Source of the DNA: a virus
Reading direction: 5' to 3' (one strand)
Virus record (IMG/VR): IMGVR_UViG_3300041407_000075
Span: 1-64,000 of that record
DNA: 64,000 nt
Of this stretch, positions 59,158 to 64,000 are shown piece by piece. The stretch's first letter is position 1. Each line of letters starts with the position of its first letter. Below the pieces are notes generated by a model. The model saw nothing but the letters and a program-made list of their open reading frames with translations. It did no database searches and was not told the DNA's origin. A program made the translations under genes and the position numbers.

Positions 59158-59179
59158 AAAAGAAACCCTCCGAAGAGGG
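59158..59179 (-). terminator. intrinsic terminator
   Basis: Minus strand CCCTC-TTCG-GAGGG followed by TTTCTTTT. Confidence 0.8.
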
Positions 59180-59201
59180 CTGTAGTTAATTTTACAGGGG
59201 A

Positions 59202-60194
59202 TTAGATATTTCTCACACCACCATGTTCTTCAAAGATATGAATCACAGGTTCTAAATTTGAGGGGAAGGTAGTCTCAGTATACCCATCAGGCATTTCCTC
59301 TTTAGTGATTACCTTTGTAGTTAGGTTATTCAGACAATACCTTTCAGCATCTCTACAGTCTTTAACTGTTGGATAAGTCCAGACACCATAATTTATAACA
59401 TCATAAATTGATAGCTGGTTCTGACGTTTAATCCTTTCAGTTGATAGATTTGCAATACCAAACTTAATAGCAACTACATCTTCTTTATCCATTAGAAGAT
59501 TAATATAGGTTTCTTGTTGTCTATTACCACTACAAGCACAAGACCTAACACCCTTATACAAACCCACTAAATGTCCTTCACCTAATTCACCACAGTCAGG
59601 ACAATCCATGTACCAGTATTTCTTATGTCCGTGTTTATCAACTCTTTCACTTCTGGTAAATACTGTACCATCAGCATAACATCCAGTGTCCATAAACATT
59701 TTAATCATTACAGAGTCATCTTTTCTTTTGTAGTCTCCCATCCTCAAAGCAAAGCATCCCGCACAACCTTTGTATCCACCTTTGATAAGAAAGAAACTGA
59801 TTGTCATAGAAAAGAAATCTCCGTGGTCTGGACACTCCGCTACCACTTTAGTTTTGTTGGCTGTAGTGAAATCACCATGCCAACCTTTAAAGATTAAACC
59901 TCTTTCCACACAAGCTCTATTAACCCTTACTACATACTGCTCTTTAGACCAATTGCACTTATCTGTACATCCGCATGGAATACAACCTCTGTTTAGATGG
60001 CCTTTACTCATTGCAAACAACCCCTCACCAAATAGTTCAGGGTCTTCTTTGCATACAGAGCACTCTACAATATACTTCTTATCGTTAGCATACTTACCAT
60101 TCCAGCCTACAACCGTTAAGTTTCCAAATACTGTTCCTTCAAACCCATCATATTTCATTACCCCATCTTCAATCAAGTCTTTCAAACTAGCCAT
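59202..60194 (-). CDS. putative homing endonuclease: Zn-ribbon repeats plus C-terminal GIY-YIG-like domain
   Basis: CSVC, PCGC, CPDHG, CPDC; TYINLL..IKFGIA..RIK..AE..DGYTET. Confidence 0.65.
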   Translation of the reverse strand: MASLKDLIEDGVMKYDGFEGTVFGNLTVVGWNGKYANDKKYIVECSVCKEDPELFGEGLFAMSKGHLNRGCIPCGCTDKCNWSKEQYVVRVNRACVERGLIFKGWHGDFTTANKTKVVAECPDHGDFFSMTISFFLIKGGYKGCAGCFALRMGDYKRKDDSVMIKMFMDTGCYADGTVFTRSERVDKHGHKKYWYMDCPDCGELGEGHLVGLYKGVRSCACSGNRQQETYINLLMDKEDVVAIKFGIANLSTERIKRQNQLSIYDVINYGVWTYPTVKDCRDAERYCLNNLTTKVITKEEMPDGYTETTFPSNLEPVIHIFEEHGGVRNI

Positions 60195-60236
60195 ACGCAC
60201 TCAACTTAAATTATCTCTATTATACTCCGACCGTAA

Positions 60237-60770
60237 TTACTTACTTCGAAACGCCTGTACAGCCAACCCATACTCCAGATATTTCCCCTCATCTCTCAGT
60301 GCTAATATTTCAGATGGTAGTTCTGTCATTGGTGGGGAATGTAACTTACTCTGTCGTCCTTGGTAGTAGTCCCTAATAAACTCTCTTTCCACTTCTGTGT
60401 TCTCCTTCTCTTCATCAGATATTTTACTTTCATATTCTTGTATTCGATGTCTGATTCCATCAAGTGCAAATCTAACAGTTTGGGCTAATCGCCTAGCTTG
60501 TCTGTCACTCATCTCATATGCAACTTCTCTTGTCTTTACAAGCTCAGAAGTAATTGAATTCAACATGAGGCACTTAAACACCAACTTAGGGCTGATATTA
60601 ACTTGCCCATTGGAAGTACCTGCAACAATGTATACGGCAGCCATAACGGCATCCTCTACAAAGGCAGGCATCTTTTGTTTGGTTCCCGTATTGAGGGATT
60701 CTTTCCAACGGTGTTCTATCAGCCATTCAGCTACAATTACGTTATCCGTTACCTTTGGTAGTCGTGCCAT
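60237..60770 (-). CDS. hypothetical protein
   Basis: 177-aa ORF; SD AGGA. Confidence 0.7.
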   Translation of the reverse strand: MARLPKVTDNVIVAEWLIEHRWKESLNTGTKQKMPAFVEDAVMAAVYIVAGTSNGQVNISPKLVFKCLMLNSITSELVKTREVAYEMSDRQARRLAQTVRFALDGIRHRIQEYESKISDEEKENTEVEREFIRDYYQGRQSKLHSPPMTELPSEILALRDEGKYLEYGLAVQAFRSK

Positions 60771-60933
60771 TAGTTTCCTGTTCTAGTTTAAGTTTATCCA
60801 ACACTCTGTCTAATCCATCATAATCTTTTTCCAAACCTCTGAACTGTTGATCTAGGAAGTCTTCGAACAAAGCAATTTCTTTTGTATTACACTCATTAGA
60901 CGTAATCTCTCCCTCAGAAGTCACATTTTATTC

Positions 60934-61134
60934 CTATTTATTTTCATTAGCCGACGAACGGGCAATCTTCAAGCTAATAATCTCCGCTCTCATTTCCTTA
61001 ATCATCTTACTCTGATATTCAGAAAGCTTTAGAGCATCCTGTAGCATCAGTCCGAGTTGTCTTTGTTCTCCACGTCCTAAATTCTTACGACCAATTGCTT
61101 TATTGATTAGGGCTGTTGTTTCTAATGTAATCAT
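60934..61134 (-). CDS. hypothetical protein
   Basis: SD GGAG. Confidence 0.5.
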   Translation of the reverse strand: MITLETTALINKAIGRKNLGRGEQRQLGLMLQDALKLSEYQSKMIKEMRAEIISLKIARSSANENK

Positions 61135-61484
61135 TTACTCCACCCCACATCAATAAACAGAAACCCCTCTTCAACAGAGTGCTCTTCGTGATACTTTATA
61201 GCATCTTCCACGTTATCAAATACCTTCACCACATCCCAACGTTCATCATCGTAATCTTTTCTATAACAATGTGTCACCATATATCGAACGTCCATCACAC
61301 CTTATCCTCCCAATTTTGACTCATAGTCAAGCACCCAACTATCATAAGCCTCTACAGGACTTGTCCCCACTCCACATGCAAGCCACACAGCAGGCCTCAT
61401 CAGATACCCAGTCCTCTGGTTCATTCTCAATAGGAATTTCACAGACATAAAGTCCTTCTGGTGTTTTAAGGATTAATGGTTTCA

Positions 61485-61985
61485 CTATACAACCTCCTTC
61501 ACAGGAACACCATCATAAATCTCCTTGAAATGCCCCCGTATAACCATACGCCTACAAGCTGAATACATATAATCACACTCAGCTTGTTTGTTACCAGTAA
61601 AAGGTTTATCACCAAACCAACCCGTGTTAGTTGGGAATCCAAACACTTTACTCACCCTCTTTCCATCAGTCTCTAACAATCCCCATCCAGCAGGAAGCTC
61701 TTCAACCCGAATAAGCCCTGTAGGTGTTAGAAAGAATCTCCAATCACCCATACCTAATAGTGGATCAACTCTAAACTTCTTACGCTTGTCTACTAAGAAG
61801 TCTGAACGAGATGTCTTACACTCAATAAGGCAGGACACTCCACTTCTAAATCCAAGACAATCAGGTTGTTCACCAGTGTTAGTGTAGGCTTTGAATTTAT
61901 CATGGAACACAACACCGAATGCATTCTTAACTAAGAATTTCTCAGCTAACAGACACAGGTTGTCGTGTGTAAGGAGTTCGGTCAT
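61485..61985 (-). CDS. PD-(D/E)XK nuclease-like phage protein
   Basis: EQPDCLGF..LIECKTSRSDFLVD, GMGDWRFF, ELPAGWGLL. Confidence 0.7.
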   Translation of the reverse strand: MTELLTHDNLCLLAEKFLVKNAFGVVFHDKFKAYTNTGEQPDCLGFRSGVSCLIECKTSRSDFLVDKRKKFRVDPLLGMGDWRFFLTPTGLIRVEELPAGWGLLETDGKRVSKVFGFPTNTGWFGDKPFTGNKQAECDYMYSACRRMVIRGHFKEIYDGVPVKEVV

Positions 61986-62132
61986 TCCTCTTCTTCCTTA
62001 TCATCAATATCTTCCATAAACGCCCTCAACACTCTCTTTTGATGTTCTGGTGAAAGATATTTAGGCAATAGTTCTACTTTTAGTTCTTCCTTGAGTGCTT
62101 TCAATTCCTTATCAATATTCTTCATACGATCT

Positions 62133-62447
62133 TCAATTGTTTGGTTCATATTTAACTTCCCCCAGAATTCTATCATATTTGTCCACAATATTAGGGTCAT
62201 ACCAATCTATGCTATTTGGATCACTTTGCGTACAGGATTTACATTTAAGAATCTTATCTCCAAACCTCACAACACTGCCTTCAGGGTATACTGTCATAGC
62301 ATCCCAGTAAGGATATTTGGCTTTCTGATTCTCTTTCAATTCCTTCAGGCACATCTTACCATACCTTACACTGTCGATAGGTGTGGATTCTTTATTACAC
62401 TTATTCTTCTCCCTAGCCCCACATGAGCAGCGTTCAGGGTTTGTCAT
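62133..62447 (-). CDS. hypothetical protein (Cys-rich N-terminus, CBM5/12-like Trp motif)
   Basis: CSCGAREKNKC; YPYWDAMTVYPEGSVVRFGDKILKCK. Confidence 0.55.
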   Translation of the reverse strand: MTNPERCSCGAREKNKCNKESTPIDSVRYGKMCLKELKENQKAKYPYWDAMTVYPEGSVVRFGDKILKCKSCTQSDPNSIDWYDPNIVDKYDRILGEVKYEPNN

Positions 62448-63397
62448 GATTTGATCACATCCTTCTTAAGTTTCATACATTTAGTGCAACGATGTACAGA
62501 TGTCATATAAATAATATACTTACCACGACTGTCCATAGTGTCAAACTTAGTAAGAAACTGATACTCGTGTTCACAACCGTAGAACCAGCGCTTTAACCAA
62601 AGATACATTTAATCTTCCTCCAAGTTAATCCATTCACACCAACCACCCGTCTTAATATCCGTAAGTCTATACCAAATACTGCCATCATCAAGGATTGTGG
62701 TCTGGATGTCAATGGTAATAGTTGAGATATTTCGTTTAGGGAATTGCAGAATGTTAGTCATCTAGGCCACTCCGTACACATCATTCGATTCTTCATAAGA
62801 CTCTTCTCCAACAGCTTCTGATCTTCACTCATAAACAACTCATCAAACCAATTAAGTTTCTTCTGTGGGTGTGGGTAAGGGATTGACATACTTGTGTACC
62901 AATCCACAAGCTCCCATTCGTTCACCCGTGTGTAACCTCTCAGTGCCCTCCTGGGCGGTGGTTTAGGTGGTTCTAGTTTCATTAAGGTTTCCTCGGTGGT
63001 GCAGGAGGCGCTTTAGGACGACTCTTGACAAACCACTCTTTAACTTTAGTGTTAACATCCCCTTTAGAAGAGCAGCAATCCCCACAAGAATACATCCAAG
63101 GACGATCTACTTGCATCTGAAACCTAAATCCATTTTCGCGTCTAAAGTCTTTCTTACAAAAGAAGCATTCTTTCCAGAAGAACAGTCCGTAGTGATTGTA
63201 GATGTCATTACCAACTACATTTGAATAACCATAGTTAGTATTAGGGTCTTTTTCACGTTTCATCTCTTCTCTCCATTAACAACACCGTTGCGTATCCCAA
63301 TATCTTCCATACCTCCCTTCAAACACATCTTCCCCGTATTGTGTTCGCTCTCCTTGCTACACTTATTCTTCTCCCTAGCCCCACATGAGCAGCGTTC
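62396..63397. repeat. 40-bp identical direct repeat (62396-62435 and 63358-63397)
   Basis: TACACTTATTCTTCTCCCTAGCCCCACATGAGCAGCGTTC occurs twice. Confidence 0.9.
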
Positions 63398-63810
63398 TTC
63401 TATATTCATCGTTTCCCCACCTCATGTAGTCCATCACACATATACTGAATAGAGGCTAGAGTTTCTACCACAGAGTTATAATCTTCCTTACATTGACAAT
63501 CATCATAACAGCAACTGTGAGTTTCTGAATACCAGAATACACCACCAACATCCACTGCATTGTATTTATCAGCTTGTAAATATGCAGCCACTTCCTCCCA
63601 ACTTTTGAAATCACTCCTATTAATCTTCTCCATCGTCTTCGTTATACCAATCTTTTTGAACATCTCGGAGTCACATGAATTTATGATGTTGTATTCTTGG
63701 GTTGAGTGTTGAAGACCAATCGCATTAACTTCATCTGGTGTCATATCCCGAAATTTTTCAAAAGTTTTATCAATAGCCCTACTGAGTTTATCAGAAATGT
63801 TGAACAACAT
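62758..63810 (-). other. coupled hypothetical ORFs (62758-62982, 62982-63263, 63260-63409, 63406-63810)
   Basis: Overlapping stop/start codons; SD sequences. Confidence 0.6.
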
Positions 63811-64000
63811 TTTATTCCTCCAATATAAGTTCTACAATTGCCGTGGCTTCAGATAGTGTGTCCATGGCAACCCAATCTTCTTTGTCTCCAGCACCCATCT
63901 TATAACACATCCACAGATATTCAACCCTGTACAGTGCATCTTTAACACCTGCATTATATTCTTCTGTGTCCTTGTATGGGCTAGGTTCTTTATCCGTAGA

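Noticed and set aside
61485-61985. PurZ / adenylosuccinate synthase implying a Z-genome
   Set aside because: 166 aa with PD-(D/E)XK motifs and no PurA-like motifs; this family is sometimes mislabelled that way

Overview
This is 64 kb from a lytic myovirus genome, with no integrase or repressor seen. It is most likely a Pseudomonas phage of the PAK_P1/phiPsa374-like type, inferred from gene order and an Acb2 homologue. Layout: (+) 1-20.5 kb capsid, neck, contractile tail, baseplate, tailspike/fibre and a SAR-endolysin/holin/spanin cassette. (-) 20.6-41.7 kb replication and nucleotide genes: NrdAB, ThyX, dUTPase, DUF5664, exonucleases, SSB, Acb2, a family-B DNA polymerase split by an HNH gene, and a primase-helicase. 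(+) 41.9-58.5 kb early region with many sigma70 promoters, a minimal T7-RNAP/PolA-fold protein, a nucleotidyltransferase and small ORFs. (-) 59.2-64 kb small ORFs. The standout signal is an island of 22 CCWGG (Dcm/EcoRII-type) sites in about 900 bp (57110-58011). They fall in two promoters, two ribosome-binding sites, a 14-bp inverted repeat and the codons of one 182-aa early gene, while the rest of the window visibly avoids CCWGG. All calls come from motif reading and synteny; no searches were run.
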